This document shows positions 9,607 to 20,008 of a stretch of DNA of 64,000 bases, one piece after another; within the stretch, counting starts at the first letter, position 1, and every line of letters starts with the position of its first letter. The notes under the pieces are model-generated. The model ran no database searches and was not told the DNA's origin. It saw only the letters and a program-made list of their open reading frames with translations. Origin of the DNA: Candidatus Latescibacterota bacterium (GTDB taxonomy: Bacteria; Latescibacterota; UBA2968; UBA8231); assembly GCA_965203175.1 (NCBI GenBank), contig OZ241867.1:3616001-3680000 (forward strand). Reading direction: 5' to 3'. Position numbers and translations under genes: made by a program.

Positions 9607-11310
9607 ATGCGTATTGATCGACGCGCTTATGCGGATATGTACGGCCCCACTACCGGCGACCGGGTGCGGCTGGGCGACACGGACTTAGTCGTCGAGGTCG
9701 AGCAAGATCACACCGTGTACGGCGAGGAGTGCAAGTTTGGCGGCGGCAAAGTGCTGCGCGACGGCATGGGGCAGCAGAGCGGCGCGAGCCAAAAAGAGGC
9801 GCTGGACTTGGTAATAACCAACGCGCTGGTGATCGACTACACGGGCATTTACAAAGCCGATATCGGCGTCAAGGACGGGCGCATCGCTGGGATTGGCAAG
9901 GCTGGCAACCCGGACATTATGCCGGGCGTCGCCAAGCAGATGGTCGTCGGCGCGACTACTGAAGTGGTGGCCGGGGAGAAGCTGATTTTGACGGCTGGGG
10001 CGCTGGACGTGCATGTGCATTTTATCTGTCCGCAGCAAGTGGAAGAGGCCATCGCGTCGGGGATTACTACGATGCTCGGGGGTGGCACCGGTCCGGCGAC
10101 TGGGACGAACGCGACCACTTGTACTCCAGGTGCCTTTTATATCCGTACGATGTTGCAATCGGCTGATGCTTGGCCGCTCAATTTTGGCTTTTTGGGCAAG
10201 GGCAATTCGTCGTTGCGCCCGGGGTTGGCGGCGCAAGTTGAGGCCGGAGCTTGTGGCCTCAAGCTGCACGAAGATTGGGGTACGACGCCAGCGGCTATTG
10301 ATTCGTGTTTGGCGGTTGCTGAAGAATTCGACGTGCAGGTTTGCATCCACACCGACACGCTCAACGAGTCGGGCTTTGTCGAGGCGTCGCGGGCGGCCTT
10401 CAAAGGGCGGACGATTCACACTTACCACACGGAGGGCGCGGGCGGTGGTCACGCGCCCGATATTATGCGGCTTTGCGGCGAGGCCAATGTGCTGCCCTCT
10501 TCGACCAACCCGACGCGGCCCTTTACGGTCAACACCATAGACGAACATCTGGACATGCTGATGGTCTGCCACCACCTCGACAAGAATATCCCCGAAGACG
10601 TGGCCTTTGCCGAGAGCCGGATCCGCCAGGAGACCATCGCTGCCGAGGATATTTTGCACGACTTGGGCGCGCTGTCGATTATCGCTTCGGACAGCCAAGC
10701 GATGGGTCGAGTGGGGGAGGTGGTGTGCCGGACTTGGCAGACGGCGCACAAGATGCGCCAGCAGCGGGGCCTGTTGCCCGAAGATGGGGGCGGTGCCGAC
10801 AACTATCGCGCACGGCGCTATGTCGCCAAATACACCATCAATCCAGCCATTGCCCACGGGCTCTCGGCCCAAATCGGCTCGGTGGAGACGGGCAAGCTGG
10901 CCGATTTGGTGTTGTGGCAGCCCGCCTTTTTCGGTGTCAAGCCAGAGCTAGTGATTAAAGGTGGAGTGATTGCCTACGCGCAGATGGGCGACGCGAACGC
11001 TTCGATACCTACGCCGCAGCCCGTGTATCCGCGGCCTATGTTCGGTTCCTACGGCAACGCGGTTGGGCCGACTTCGCTGGCTTTTGTTTCGCAGGCGTCG
11101 CGCGAGCGGGTGGGGGAGTACGGGTTGGCGAAAGAGGTCGTGCCGGTTGAGCATTGCCGCGACATTGGCAAGGCCGACATGCGGCTCAACGACGTGGTGC
11201 CCAATATCGAGGTTGACCCGGAGACCTATAAGGTGAAGGTTGATGGCGAGGAGATTACCTGTGAACCCGCGGAAAAACTGCCGCTGGCGCAGCTATATCA
11301 CCTGTTCTAA
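9607..11310 (+). CDS. ureC: Urease alpha (catalytic) subunit
   Basis: [51 protein letters not shown] nickel-site motifs. Confidence 0.98.
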   Translation: MRIDRRAYADMYGPTTGDRVRLGDTDLVVEVEQDHTVYGEECKFGGGKVLRDGMGQQSGASQKEALDLVITNALVIDYTGIYKADIGVKDGRIAGIGKAGNPDIMPGVAKQMVVGATTEVVAGEKLILTAGALDVHVHFICPQQVEEAIASGITTMLGGGTGPATGTNATTCTPGAFYIRTMLQSADAWPLNFGFLGKGNSSLRPGLAAQVEAGACGLKLHEDWGTTPAAIDSCLAVAEEFDVQVCIHTDTLNESGFVEASRAAFKGRTIHTYHTEGAGGGHAPDIMRLCGEANVLPSSTNPTRPFTVNTIDEHLDMLMVCHHLDKNIPEDVAFAESRIRQETIAAEDILHDLGALSIIASDSQAMGRVGEVVCRTWQTAHKMRQQRGLLPEDGGGADNYRARRYVAKYTINPAIAHGLSAQIGSVETGKLADLVLWQPAFFGVKPELVIKGGVIAYAQMGDANASIPTPQPVYPRPMFGSYGNAVGPTSLAFVSQASRERVGEYGLAKEVVPVEHCRDIGKADMRLNDVVPNIEVDPETYKVKVDGEEITCEPAEKLPLAQLYHLF

Positions 11311-11964
11311 ATGAATCGCCTCTATCCGTTAATGCACCTAGCCGATAGTGCGCTGCCGGCTGGTGGCTACGCCTTTTCCAATGGCTTGGAAGGGGCCTAT
11401 CAGTTGGGCTTACTGGATGCGCCTGGGGCGCTGGAAGAGTTCGTGCATTCGGCACTGATGGCTGCGGCCTGCGGCGAGATTCCCTTTATCCATTCTTGTT
11501 ATGTAGAATCCGACGAAGGTGCCGTGGCGGCAATGTTGCATTTCTACGACGCGATGATCGCGGCTCCGGCGATGCGTCGGGCGAGTTTGATCTTGGGCAA
11601 GAACTGGTTGCGGCTGATGGCTGGCTTGTACCCGGAGGTCAAGTTCGCAAACTTGCGGCGGGTGCACGCGCACTACACGGTGGTTTTTGGGTTGGCGTTG
11701 AAGGCTGCGGGCTTTGCGCAAGCTGACGCTCAGCATCTTTACATGTTTCAAGTGCTCAGGGACCAGATGAGTGCCGCAGTGCGTCTCGGGATCGTCGGGC
11801 CGATGGAGGCCACGCGACGGCAGTTGGGTCTGTATGTGTATTGCGAGGAATTGCTCGCGGAAGTAGCGGGGCGACCGTACGCACAAGCGATGCGTTGCGC
11901 GCCGCAGCTCGACATTGCCCAGAGCGTACACGACGATCTCTATTCGCGCCTTTTTCAGAGTTGA
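11311..11964 (+). CDS. ureF: Urease accessory protein UreF
   Basis: [19 protein letters not shown]-terminus, SAAVRLG, C-terminal SRLFQS. Confidence 0.93.
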   Translation: MNRLYPLMHLADSALPAGGYAFSNGLEGAYQLGLLDAPGALEEFVHSALMAAACGEIPFIHSCYVESDEGAVAAMLHFYDAMIAAPAMRRASLILGKNWLRLMAGLYPEVKFANLRRVHAHYTVVFGLALKAAGFAQADAQHLYMFQVLRDQMSAAVRLGIVGPMEATRRQLGLYVYCEELLAEVAGRPYAQAMRCAPQLDIAQSVHDDLYSRLFQS

Positions 11965-11978
11965 ACGCAGGAGGATGT

Positions 11979-12710
11979 ATGGGGCACGACCACGACCACG
12001 ACCACACACACGAGCCTTTTGATTCGCCTGGACTTTTCGCCGAGCGCGAAGGCTCGGACCCGCACCGCGATTTTTCCGACCGCGCCTTTACGGTGGGGAT
12101 TGGCGGGCCGGTCGGCAGCGGCAAGACGGCGCTGTTGCAAGCTTTGTGCGAAAGGCTGCGCGACGAGTATAGCTTGGGGGTGGTCACCAACGACATCTTC
12201 ACTCGCGAGGACGCCGAGTTTCTGCTTCGACACGAGGCGTTGGAACAGGAGCGCATCGTCGGCGTCGAGACCGGCGGTTGTCCGCACGCGGCGATCCGCG
12301 AGGATATTTCGCTGAATTTGAATGCGCTCGAAGACTTGATGGATCGTTTTGCCGGGGGTATCGACTTACTGCTGGTCGAAAGCGGCGGCGACAACTTGGC
12401 AGCTCATTTCAGCCGCGAGCTCGTCGATTATTCGGTGTACGTCATCGACGTATCCGGCGGCGACAAAATTCCGCGCAAGGGCGGCCCGGGGACGACGCAG
12501 TCGGATTTGCTGGTAATCAACAAGACAGATCTGGCCGAGATGGTGGGGGCGGATTTGGGGGTGATGGATCGCGATGCCAAGAAGATGCGCGGCGAGGGGC
12601 CGACGGTCTTTGCTTGCATCAAGGATCGGGAGGGACTGGAGGCGATTGTCGAGTATATTCTCACGGCGCGGGAGAGGGCGTTGCTGTCGGAGGCGCAGAA
12701 GCCGTTTTAA
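11979..12710 (+). CDS. ureG: Urease accessory GTPase UreG with His-rich N-terminus
   Basis: [36 protein letters not shown]; starts [11 protein letters not shown] after AGGAGG. Confidence 0.96.
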   Translation: MGHDHDHDHTHEPFDSPGLFAEREGSDPHRDFSDRAFTVGIGGPVGSGKTALLQALCERLRDEYSLGVVTNDIFTREDAEFLLRHEALEQERIVGVETGGCPHAAIREDISLNLNALEDLMDRFAGGIDLLLVESGGDNLAAHFSRELVDYSVYVIDVSGGDKIPRKGGPGTTQSDLLVINKTDLAEMVGADLGVMDRDAKKMRGEGPTVFACIKDREGLEAIVEYILTARERALLSEAQKPF

Positions 12711-14029
12711 CCTTGTCCTACAATCCATTGTTTGGCCTCTTCTTGCGTATAGGTCCCGGTAACGGCGTCGCAGTTTTCCGGTATTGCATGGCTTGCTGGC
12801 TTACCAATATGAGATTTCAGATTCTCTCGTAATATCCTTGCTGTTCCATTAGATAACTCTTTTACGAGAAACTCAACATCCTCTTGGCTCAATCCACCGG
12901 CGAAAGTTACCGAGGACAACTCGGTTTCTTTACCAACCTGCATCTTGATATGATCTCCATTACTAAAAGACGTAGCAGGAGAAGTCCACTCGCTTTTTGC
13001 CCCTTGTAGTTGTGCTTTATCGAGATTAGCTCCTTGCAGACATGCTTCGTAGAGATTCGTTCCCTGCAGTTGTGCTTCTTCAAGGGAAGCCCCTTGTAGT
13101 TGTGCTTTATCGAGATTAGCTCCTTGCAGACGTGCTCCGTAGAGATCCGCTTCCTGCAGTTGTACTTCTTCAAGAGTCGCTCTTTGCAGGTGTGTAAAAA
13201 GAAGGGAGGCTTCTTGTAGGTACGCCTTCTCCAGATTCGCTCCTTGTAGCTGTGTTTCTATAAGCGTAGCCCCTTGTAGTTGTGTTTTTTCAAGCTTAGC
13301 TCCTTGTAGTTGTGACCGTCCAAGATCAGCTCCTTGCAGATGTGCCTCGGTCAGGACGGCCCCTTTTAAACGCGCAGACTTGAGATCAGCCCCGTTTAGC
13401 CAGCTTCCCTGCAAGTTGATGTGGCAACCTCTGAAAATCTCGTGCTTCTGCACGAATAGTAACGTCAATAAGCTTTGAACTTCTTCTGAGGGTTTCGACT
13501 TGTGCGTTTTCCGATAGTTATCTTCGCCCGTCGTCTGGCGGATATGAGCGCAGAGAATGTCGAGCACGGTCTGACGCAAATCTTCGGTGTCTTCTGCCAG
13601 ATGGAAAAGTTCGTAGGCCCCACCCAAGCGCACAGAGTCCGATTCATGACCTAGGTGTTCAATGGCATTTTTCAGGCGATCCTGCCGCTGTCCTTGCTCG
13701 GTTTTCGATACAGCGTCGGCCTGCGCTTTCGCGGCGTCGGCCTGTGCTTTCGCGGCGTCGGCCTGCGCTTCTGCGGTTTTCTCCATCGCCTTGGCGCGCT
13801 TGTAGGACATCAGGGCTTGCAGAGCAACCAACACACCGCCCATGCCGATGCCCAGAAATTTCAGAGTTTCATTTTTGCTGGATAAGTCAAGAAGTTTAGA
13901 AGTATGAGTTTCGACATATTCAAAGGACAGGACGCCTACAAAAACTATCACCAAGACGACGAGAAGGACGATGAGAGCGATCTGAAAGATCGAAAAAAGT
14001 TTTTTTCTGATTTTAGAGAATAGGTTCAT
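12707..14029 (-). CDS. Membrane-anchored pentapeptide-repeat protein
   Basis: Two N-terminal hydrophobic helices, [17 protein letters not shown] helical domain, long run of A(N/D)LxxAxLQG repeats; lower GC than neighbours. Confidence 0.9.
   Translation of the reverse strand: MNLFSKIRKKLFSIFQIALIVLLVVLVIVFVGVLSFEYVETHTSKLLDLSSKNETLKFLGIGMGGVLVALQALMSYKRAKAMEKTAEAQADAAKAQADAAKAQADAVSKTEQGQRQDRLKNAIEHLGHESDSVRLGGAYELFHLAEDTEDLRQTVLDILCAHIRQTTGEDNYRKTHKSKPSEEVQSLLTLLFVQKHEIFRGCHINLQGSWLNGADLKSARLKGAVLTEAHLQGADLGRSQLQGAKLEKTQLQGATLIETQLQGANLEKAYLQEASLLFTHLQRATLEEVQLQEADLYGARLQGANLDKAQLQGASLEEAQLQGTNLYEACLQGANLDKAQLQGAKSEWTSPATSFSNGDHIKMQVGKETELSSVTFAGGLSQEDVEFLVKELSNGTARILRENLKSHIGKPASHAIPENCDAVTGTYTQEEAKQWIVGQG
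12999..13174. repeat. Two near-identical ~86-bp direct repeats with 90-bp period inside the pentapeptide gene
   Basis: GCCCCTTGTAGTTGTGCTTTATCGAGATTAGCTCCTTGCAGAC... occurs at 12999 and 13089. Confidence 0.9.
13713..13776. repeat. 21-bp tandem repeat x3 (AKAQADA heptad)
   Basis: GCGTCGGCCTG(C/T)GCTTTCGCG repeated; protein reads [21 protein letters not shown]. Confidence 0.85.
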
Positions 14030-14150
14030 AGCGGATTTCTATGGGTAGAAAGTCGGTCACCATTTCAGACCTTGATCAACCACTCTCGTTCAGTCGACAC
14101 GTTGCTCATACAGCACTTTCCTTTTTTTTAGTATCTTGTGAGTCTTAGAA

Positions 14151-14666
14151 TCATGTGTGTATCAATTCACGGAGACTGGCGACCTTGGATCTGAAGTGGT
14201 GCTTCGCTGCCCACTCGGCGAGAAACCCATCGGCTTCTTCTATAGTCAGGTGGCCAGCCTTGATCAGCGTCAACACCAAGTCCTCCGTCTGACAGAGCGC
14301 CAAGTCCTCACGTCGGCGTTGGCCTTCAGTGCGCGCTCTTCGATCCTGAAGCCCGGCGATCCAATCCCGAGTAAGCGCAACGGCTAAAACGGAGCACTCG
14401 CCAGCTCCAAGCCGCCCACCCGCCCGAAGGTCTGTAAATAGCACAACCTCCACTGGATTGCGGACACTTTGTAAATCAAGTGTGCCCGCAGCCACGGCAT
14501 CTTTGACAACCTTCTTCTGTTTTGGACGCCTCACTTCATCGAGAACTTGGTCGAGCAGCACAACTGAGGTGCTAAGCTGACCGAGTAACTCAACACGACC
14601 GATCTTCACAAAATTCAGCAGGATTGAGGTGTCGAGGACAATCGGCGTTGAGTCTTGCTGCTCCAT
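14151..14666 (-). CDS. PIN-fold (DUF3368-like) putative nuclease/toxin
   Basis: IVLDTSILLNF, VLDE, LGAGE, QDRRAR: PIN-like acidic motifs; 10 bp downstream of the XRE-IrrE gene. Confidence 0.7.
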   Translation of the reverse strand: MEQQDSTPIVLDTSILLNFVKIGRVELLGQLSTSVVLLDQVLDEVRRPKQKKVVKDAVAAGTLDLQSVRNPVEVVLFTDLRAGGRLGAGECSVLAVALTRDWIAGLQDRRARTEGQRRREDLALCQTEDLVLTLIKAGHLTIEEADGFLAEWAAKHHFRSKVASLRELIHT

Positions 14667-14676
14667 TCAAAGTGCC

Positions 14677-15900
14677 TCAATCCGCCAAATCGAGAATCGT
14701 CTCGTCGTCAATATTCAACAGGCGGCCTACTTCAAGCAGTCGCCCCTGCGAAATTTCCCCGCGCCACCATGCTTCCAAGGCCAGCGACAGAATCTGCCAA
14801 TCCAATTCGTGGTCCCAATGTTCCTCGTCTTCGGAATCCTCTACATCTGAAAATGCTTTTACAGTGCGGAGGTATCGATTGGCCTCTTCAGTCTGGTCGA
14901 GAAGTGCCTCGGCTTGTTCTTGGCTGACGAGATTCAAGCCGCGCAACCGCCAAACCGCCGCAGCATAGCTTACCTCAAAGTGCCAAGCCAAAAGCGCCAC
15001 GTCTGCATAGGTCACATTCTGTGAGCGCGCTGGGCTGCGCAACTGGCCTTGGATCCCTTCTTCAGTGACGGCATCCACCGCTGCTTCCTCGCGGCGGCTA
15101 CCTCTCCCTTTGCCCAAGTTGTACAGAAAATCTCGCACGCCCTCTTCGGGCATGAGGAAGGCGGCGGCAAAGGCATTGGCCCGCTGTTCGGTTCGCGTCT
15201 TGGCATTATGGGCACTCGTAACAGTGGCCGGTTCATCGCGGTCCATAAGCGCGTGACCGTGTTCGTGGGCAAACGAAAACCGCCGCCGCACCGGTGCTTG
15301 AGTGAGGTTAGCCAAAATCGCCATACCGAAGTCTGGACTGCTCAGAAAAAGACCAGAGATTTCATCGGGCAACGGCAAAGCGGCCGTCCAGATATTCTGA
15401 TGGGCCAAGGTCTCAGGCACTTTGACGGGTGCTTGGCCCAAATCGAGACGCCGACGCTCTTGCTCGGCCACAAGCTGGCCTTGGGCAATGGCCTGTCCCG
15501 CTGAGCGCGGGGACGACAGTTCGTAACGTGGGAGGGAGACAGCAGCCCTATCGCCCGTTAGGCGTCGCAGCGACGCCCCTTCTCGGAGCAAGCGCAGACA
15601 ACGCCGAGCTTGTTTTTGGACAACCTCACTTTGCAGACCCGGCTCGGCGCGAAAAAGCGCAACGACCGGGTCTTCCTGTTCGATCGGGCTATTCGGGTTG
15701 ACGAACCATTCGACTGGCCGGCCGTACAGGTCTGCAAGATAAGTCAGCTCAAGCGTGGAGACCTGCCGCTGGCCGGATTCCATGAGGCTGATGGCGGATC
15801 GCTGTAGGCCGAGTGCTGCACCGGCGGCTTCCTGCGTGATCTGCCTACTTTCGCGTGCCCATCGCAGTCGTTGCCCGATCTCTTCGAGGGTAATGAGCAT
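14677..15900 (-). CDS. XRE-family HTH regulator fused to ImmA/IrrE (COG2856) Zn metallopeptidase
   Basis: IGQRLRWARE..ITQE..AISLMESGQRQV HTH; RRRFSFAHEHGH (HExxH) and EQRANAFAAAFLMP. Confidence 0.92.
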   Translation of the reverse strand: MLITLEEIGQRLRWARESRQITQEAAGAALGLQRSAISLMESGQRQVSTLELTYLADLYGRPVEWFVNPNSPIEQEDPVVALFRAEPGLQSEVVQKQARRCLRLLREGASLRRLTGDRAAVSLPRYELSSPRSAGQAIAQGQLVAEQERRRLDLGQAPVKVPETLAHQNIWTAALPLPDEISGLFLSSPDFGMAILANLTQAPVRRRFSFAHEHGHALMDRDEPATVTSAHNAKTRTEQRANAFAAAFLMPEEGVRDFLYNLGKGRGSRREEAAVDAVTEEGIQGQLRSPARSQNVTYADVALLAWHFEVSYAAAVWRLRGLNLVSQEQAEALLDQTEEANRYLRTVKAFSDVEDSEDEEHWDHELDWQILSLALEAWWRGEISQGRLLEVGRLLNIDDETILDLAD

Positions 15901-15932
15901 AGAGCACCTCCGAGTTGGTTAGGGTCTAAATG

Positions 15933-15961
15933 AGTTTATATTATCGAACTCTATTTGTCAA
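15933..15961 (-). promoter_or_regulatory. sigma70-type promoter of the XRE-IrrE operon
   Basis: TTGACA-17 nt-TAAACT on the minus strand; GGAGG RBS downstream. Confidence 0.65.
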
Positions 15962-16082
15962 TATATGGTTAATAAAGTGCTAATATAGAAACAAAATGTG
16001 CATGAAATAAGAGCGCGACATTCATCGAAATCGCTTGTTTTGGAGCGTTCAAACTTCGTGAAAGAGCCTGCGCCCACCGCAC

Positions 16083-17258
16083 TCAATGGTGAAAAAGCCG
16101 CACCCCCGAATTAATCATCAACATTCCGTATTCGTCTGCCGCCTCAATTACCAGATCGTCCCGCGTTGACCCACCAGCTTGGACTAAGTACTCCACGCCT
16201 GAACGCTGCGCCCGGTCGATGTTGTCGCGGAAGGGGAAGAAGGCGTCTGAACTCAGCGCCACGCCCTTGAGATGATTCAGCCATTCCCGCTTCTCCTTGG
16301 CGCTGAGCCGCTCTGGGACCTCGCGGAAGTTGGCTTCCCATGCCCGGAGTTCGGCCGGGGTGACGTCGTCTTGTAGATAGATGTCGATGGCGTTGATTTT
16401 TTCCGGGCGCTTGAGGCCCTTGGCGAATTTCATGCCCAAGACTTTGGGGTGTAGGCGCAGATACCAGTTGTCGGCCTTGGCGCAGGCCAAGCGCACGCAG
16501 TGGACGCGCGACTGCTGGCCGGCACCAGTGCCGATGACTTGGCCGTCGTAGGCTAGGCACACGGAGTTGGATTGGGTGTACTTGAGAGCGATGGTCGCCA
16601 CCGTCAGGTCGCGGCGGGCACTGGCCGGCAAGTCCTTGCGGGCCGTGACGATGTTGTGGAAAAAGGCGTCGTCGGGAATAAAGTCGTTGCGTTGCTGCGC
16701 GAGTTGGACACCGAATATCTCGCGTTGCTCGGTCGCGGCCGGCGCGTAGTCTGGGTCGATTTGCAGGATGCGGTACTGGCCGCCCTTTTTCTTTTTTAAA
16801 ATCTCTAAAGCCTCTGGCTCGTAGCCGGGGGCGATGATCCCGTCGGAGACCTCGACGCGGATGAGATCGGCCGTAGGGAAATCGACCACGTCGCTTAGGG
16901 CGATCCAGTCGCCGAAGGAGGCGAGGCGGTCGGTACCGCGCGCGCGGGCATAAGCCGTGGCCAGCGGGCTGAGGTCGCGGTCGGCGACGAAGTAGGATGC
17001 ACTCAGGGTCTCGTCGAGCGGTGCGGCGATAGCGGCACCGGCCGGAGAGACGTGTTTGAACGAGGCGGCAGCCGGCAGACCGAGGGCGCGTTTGAGATCG
17101 CGGACGAGCTGCCAAGCGTTGAGCGCGTCCATGAGGTTGATATAGCTGGGAGCGTCGTTGAGCGGCTCGATGGGTAGGTCGCGGCCATCGGCCATCAAGC
17201 AGCGGGCTCCTGCTTGGTGGGGGTTGCATCCGTAGCGCATGTCGATTGTCGCGGGCAT
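16083..17258 (-). CDS. purH: AICAR transformylase (short PurH lacking the N-terminal IMP-cyclohydrolase/MGS domain)
   Basis: [48 protein letters not shown]; 391 aa. Confidence 0.9.
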   Translation of the reverse strand: MPATIDMRYGCNPHQAGARCLMADGRDLPIEPLNDAPSYINLMDALNAWQLVRDLKRALGLPAAASFKHVSPAGAAIAAPLDETLSASYFVADRDLSPLATAYARARGTDRLASFGDWIALSDVVDFPTADLIRVEVSDGIIAPGYEPEALEILKKKKGGQYRILQIDPDYAPAATEQREIFGVQLAQQRNDFIPDDAFFHNIVTARKDLPASARRDLTVATIALKYTQSNSVCLAYDGQVIGTGAGQQSRVHCVRLACAKADNWYLRLHPKVLGMKFAKGLKRPEKINAIDIYLQDDVTPAELRAWEANFREVPERLSAKEKREWLNHLKGVALSSDAFFPFRDNIDRAQRSGVEYLVQAGGSTRDDLVIEAADEYGMLMINSGVRLFHH

Positions 17259-17380
17259 AGTTCCTCCTTGATGAGACTATTTGACAAAGGTTGGGGCGGC
17301 GTATTATGTTCGGCAATCGCGGTAAAAAGACAATCGCCAATCAACCCATTTTTGACAAGCCAAGGCGAGGTAGAACGATC

Positions 17381-18418
17381 ATGTTCAAAGGTTGTAGTAC
17401 AGCCCTAGTGACGCCCATGAGCGCAGACGGCAGCATTGACTACGGCGGCTTGGAGCAACTCGTAGAATTCCAAATCGCCAACAATATCCAAGCGGTACTC
17501 GCCGTCGGCACGACCGGCGAAAGCCCGACCCTGCTATGGGAAGAGCACAACGAAGTCATTGATCGCACGGTTGGGCTGGCCAAGGGACGCACCCTGTCGA
17601 TTGCCGGCACGGGCAGCAACTCCACCAAGGAGACCATGGCGGGCAGCGAGCACGCCGCCCACATTGGCGCAGACGCCGTGTTGCTGGTCGATCCCTACTA
17701 CAATGGGCCCAGCTCCTTGGAGATCCGCCGCGAATACGTCGAGCCGGTGGCGCGGACCTTTCCCGAGGTACAGATCATTCCCTACATCATCCCCGGGCGC
17801 ACCGGCTGTATGATGCAGGTGGAAGATTTGGCCATTCTCGCCCACCAGTATCCCAACGTGGCCCAAGTCAAAGAGGCGACCGGCGACCTAGACAACATGG
17901 CCAAGACGCGTCGGCTCTGCGGCGACGATTTTACCATCCTCTCGGGCGATGACGACAAGACCGTGCCGATGATGAAGAGCGCGGATATCCGGGCCGCTGG
18001 CGTGATCTCGGTGATGTCCAACGTCATTCCGGGTCCCATCCAGCGGCTCACCGAACTGCTCAACGCCGGCCAGGAGGACGAAGCCGATAATTTGGCGGAG
18101 AAGCTAGCGCCGCTTTTTGGCATCGTCGGCGTTGCGACCACTGAACAGAGTGCTTATGGCCCGGTCGAGTGCAAGGCGCGCAACCCGGTGCCGATTAAGA
18201 CGCTGATGAATATTCTCGGCATGCCGGCCGGGCCGGTGCGGCAGCCGCTGGGCAAGATGACGCACGCGGGTGTGCAAGTGGTGCTGGACGCTGCGCGCCA
18301 AGTACACGCCAACGACCCAACGGCTTTTGCGCCGGTCGCCGAGTTTTTCGGGGTGGATGTGGAAGCGCGTCTGCACGACGACTCGCTGGTCGAGCGCGCA
18401 GTGTATCCATCGTATTAA
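17381..18418 (+). CDS. dapA: 4-hydroxy-tetrahydrodipicolinate synthase
   Basis: TALVTP, GTTGESPTL, PYYN, KEATG, LSGDD, NPVPIK; followed by dapB. Confidence 0.92.
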   Translation: MFKGCSTALVTPMSADGSIDYGGLEQLVEFQIANNIQAVLAVGTTGESPTLLWEEHNEVIDRTVGLAKGRTLSIAGTGSNSTKETMAGSEHAAHIGADAVLLVDPYYNGPSSLEIRREYVEPVARTFPEVQIIPYIIPGRTGCMMQVEDLAILAHQYPNVAQVKEATGDLDNMAKTRRLCGDDFTILSGDDDKTVPMMKSADIRAAGVISVMSNVIPGPIQRLTELLNAGQEDEADNLAEKLAPLFGIVGVATTEQSAYGPVECKARNPVPIKTLMNILGMPAGPVRQPLGKMTHAGVQVVLDAARQVHANDPTAFAPVAEFFGVDVEARLHDDSLVERAVYPSY

Positions 18419-18432
18419 TCGAGGCTAGAGCG

Positions 18433-19236
18433 ATGACCAAAATCGTAATCTGCGGAGTGGCTGGACGCATGGGCCAGCGGCTGGCCCACTTGATTTTGAC
18501 GGCGGCTGATTTGGAGCTGTGCGGCGGCAAGGAGCGCCCAGACCACGAGGCGGTGGGGCGCGACATCGGCGAAGTCGTTGGCGCGCGGCATCTTGGCCTA
18601 ACGGTCAGCGACACGCTGTCGGGTATCGTCGAACCCGACCAGGTAGTAGTCTGTTTTACGACCCCAGAGGCGACCCTTGAAGACGCGGCCCTCTGCGCGG
18701 TGCGCGGGGTGCCCATGGTGGTGGGGACTACGGGTTTTACCCCGGAGCAACTCGCGGAATTCAAGCGGACGGTAGCAGACATTACCTGCGTGTTTGCGTC
18801 GAACTTCAGCACGGCCATGAACGTGCTTTTCAAGCTGGTCGAAGAGGCGGCGCGGATCTTGGGCGACGACTACGATGTGGAGGTCATTGAGGCGCATCAC
18901 CGGCACAAGGTCGATGCGCCCTCTGGGTCGGCACTGACGCTGGCCGAGCGGGCCGCGGCTGGATTGGGCCGTAACTTGCGCGAGGTCGCCGTACACGGGC
19001 GGTCGGGCGTGGTCGGCGAGCGCTCGCGCCAAGAGATTGGCATGCACGCGATCCGCGCCGGCGACTTGGCAGGCGAGCACACGGTGCTCTTCGCGGCTCC
19101 AGGCGAGTGCCTCGAACTGCAGCACCGGGCTACGAGCCGCGATTCCTTTGCTTTGGGTGCGTTGCGTGCCGCTCGCTTTGCAGCGCAGGCCGATCCGGGC
19201 ATGTATTCGATGGGAGATGTGTTGGGGCTAGGTTGA
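18433..19236 (+). CDS. dapB: 4-hydroxy-tetrahydrodipicolinate reductase
   Basis: GVAGRMG, VGTTG, EAHHRHKVDAPSGSA, HRATSRDSFA. Confidence 0.95.
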   Translation: MTKIVICGVAGRMGQRLAHLILTAADLELCGGKERPDHEAVGRDIGEVVGARHLGLTVSDTLSGIVEPDQVVVCFTTPEATLEDAALCAVRGVPMVVGTTGFTPEQLAEFKRTVADITCVFASNFSTAMNVLFKLVEEAARILGDDYDVEVIEAHHRHKVDAPSGSALTLAERAAAGLGRNLREVAVHGRSGVVGERSRQEIGMHAIRAGDLAGEHTVLFAAPGECLELQHRATSRDSFALGALRAARFAAQADPGMYSMGDVLGLG

Positions 19237-19240
19237 TCGC

Positions 19241-20008
19241 TCAGCGCTTGGGGCGGAGGAGGTGCTGCGGCGTCGGCCATAGGGTCTGAAGCTTGTCGCG
19301 CAGTCGCGCGGCTTCCTCAAAGTTTTCCGCTTCTACGGCCACCTTTAAGTCTCGCTCTAATTGTTCGCGCTCGGACAGTGGGCGCTCCTGCTCCAATTCC
19401 TCGTACCATTCGCGCAAAAAGGAAATCTCAGGCAAATCCTCTTCTAGCTCGGATTCCCATTCTTCGACAAAGCTCTCAATGTGGGCAATGCCTTCTTCCA
19501 CGGCGCGCATGGCCGTTGGATAGTCGTCGCTGCGGAGGGCTAGCATGGCGTGCGCCCGGGTTTGCATCATAATCGCGTGTGGATAGTACTGCTCAAAGTA
19601 CCAGCGGATCTCGTCGTTGGGCGCGCACTGATCGACCAATTCAAAAATCTGTAGAGTGTGCTCGGTATCGGCGACGACCCCTTCGTAGTCTTCTAGGTTG
19701 AACAGACTTAAATAGCGGTGGTAGTACTGCCAGGCCTCTTGGAAGAGTTCTTCGCACTCGTCTTCTCCTAGCACGAAGCCTTCTGGGGTGTCGCGCGATT
19801 CGATGAGGTCTTGGTAGTAGTCGAGCAGCGAGGGGCAGCCGTGCGGTTGTTGGCCGTCGGGACGGCCATCCAATTCAAGCTGCAGGAGCCCCATGTCGAT
19901 GCGGATCTGAAGTTTTTCCTCGCCCTTGCTGGTGCGGATGCGCCGAGCGAGGAATTCGTCGGGCTTAAATTCCCAACCGTTGAGCAAGTCGCCGATATCG
20001 TAATTCAT
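19241..20008 (-). CDS. UvrB/UvrC (UVR) motif-containing protein
   Basis: QIRIDMGLLQLELDGRPDG N-domain; C-terminal LKVAVEAENFEEAARLRDKL UVR coiled-coil; start taken at MNYDIG. Confidence 0.75.
   Translation of the reverse strand: MNYDIGDLLNGWEFKPDEFLARRIRTSKGEEKLQIRIDMGLLQLELDGRPDGQQPHGCPSLLDYYQDLIESRDTPEGFVLGEDECEELFQEAWQYYHRYLSLFNLEDYEGVVADTEHTLQIFELVDQCAPNDEIRWYFEQYYPHAIMMQTRAHAMLALRSDDYPTAMRAVEEGIAHIESFVEEWESELEEDLPEISFLREWYEELEQERPLSEREQLERDLKVAVEAENFEEAARLRDKLQTLWPTPQHLLRPKR

Noticed and set aside
9685-10872. 395-aa antisense ORF over ureC
   Set aside because: Shadow ORF of a GC-rich gene; no motifs, and ureC is unambiguous
12960-13400. Periodic repeats resembling a CRISPR array
   Set aside because: 15/30/90-bp periodicity of coding pentapeptide repeats; no unique spacers and no cas genes
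14065-14109. 14-aa minus-strand ORF MSNVSTEREWLIKV with a purine-rich leader
   Set aside because: Too short to support; may be a gene remnant or chance
16144-17340. 398-aa same-strand alternative-frame ORF over purH
   Set aside because: Arg/Pro-rich off-frame artefact
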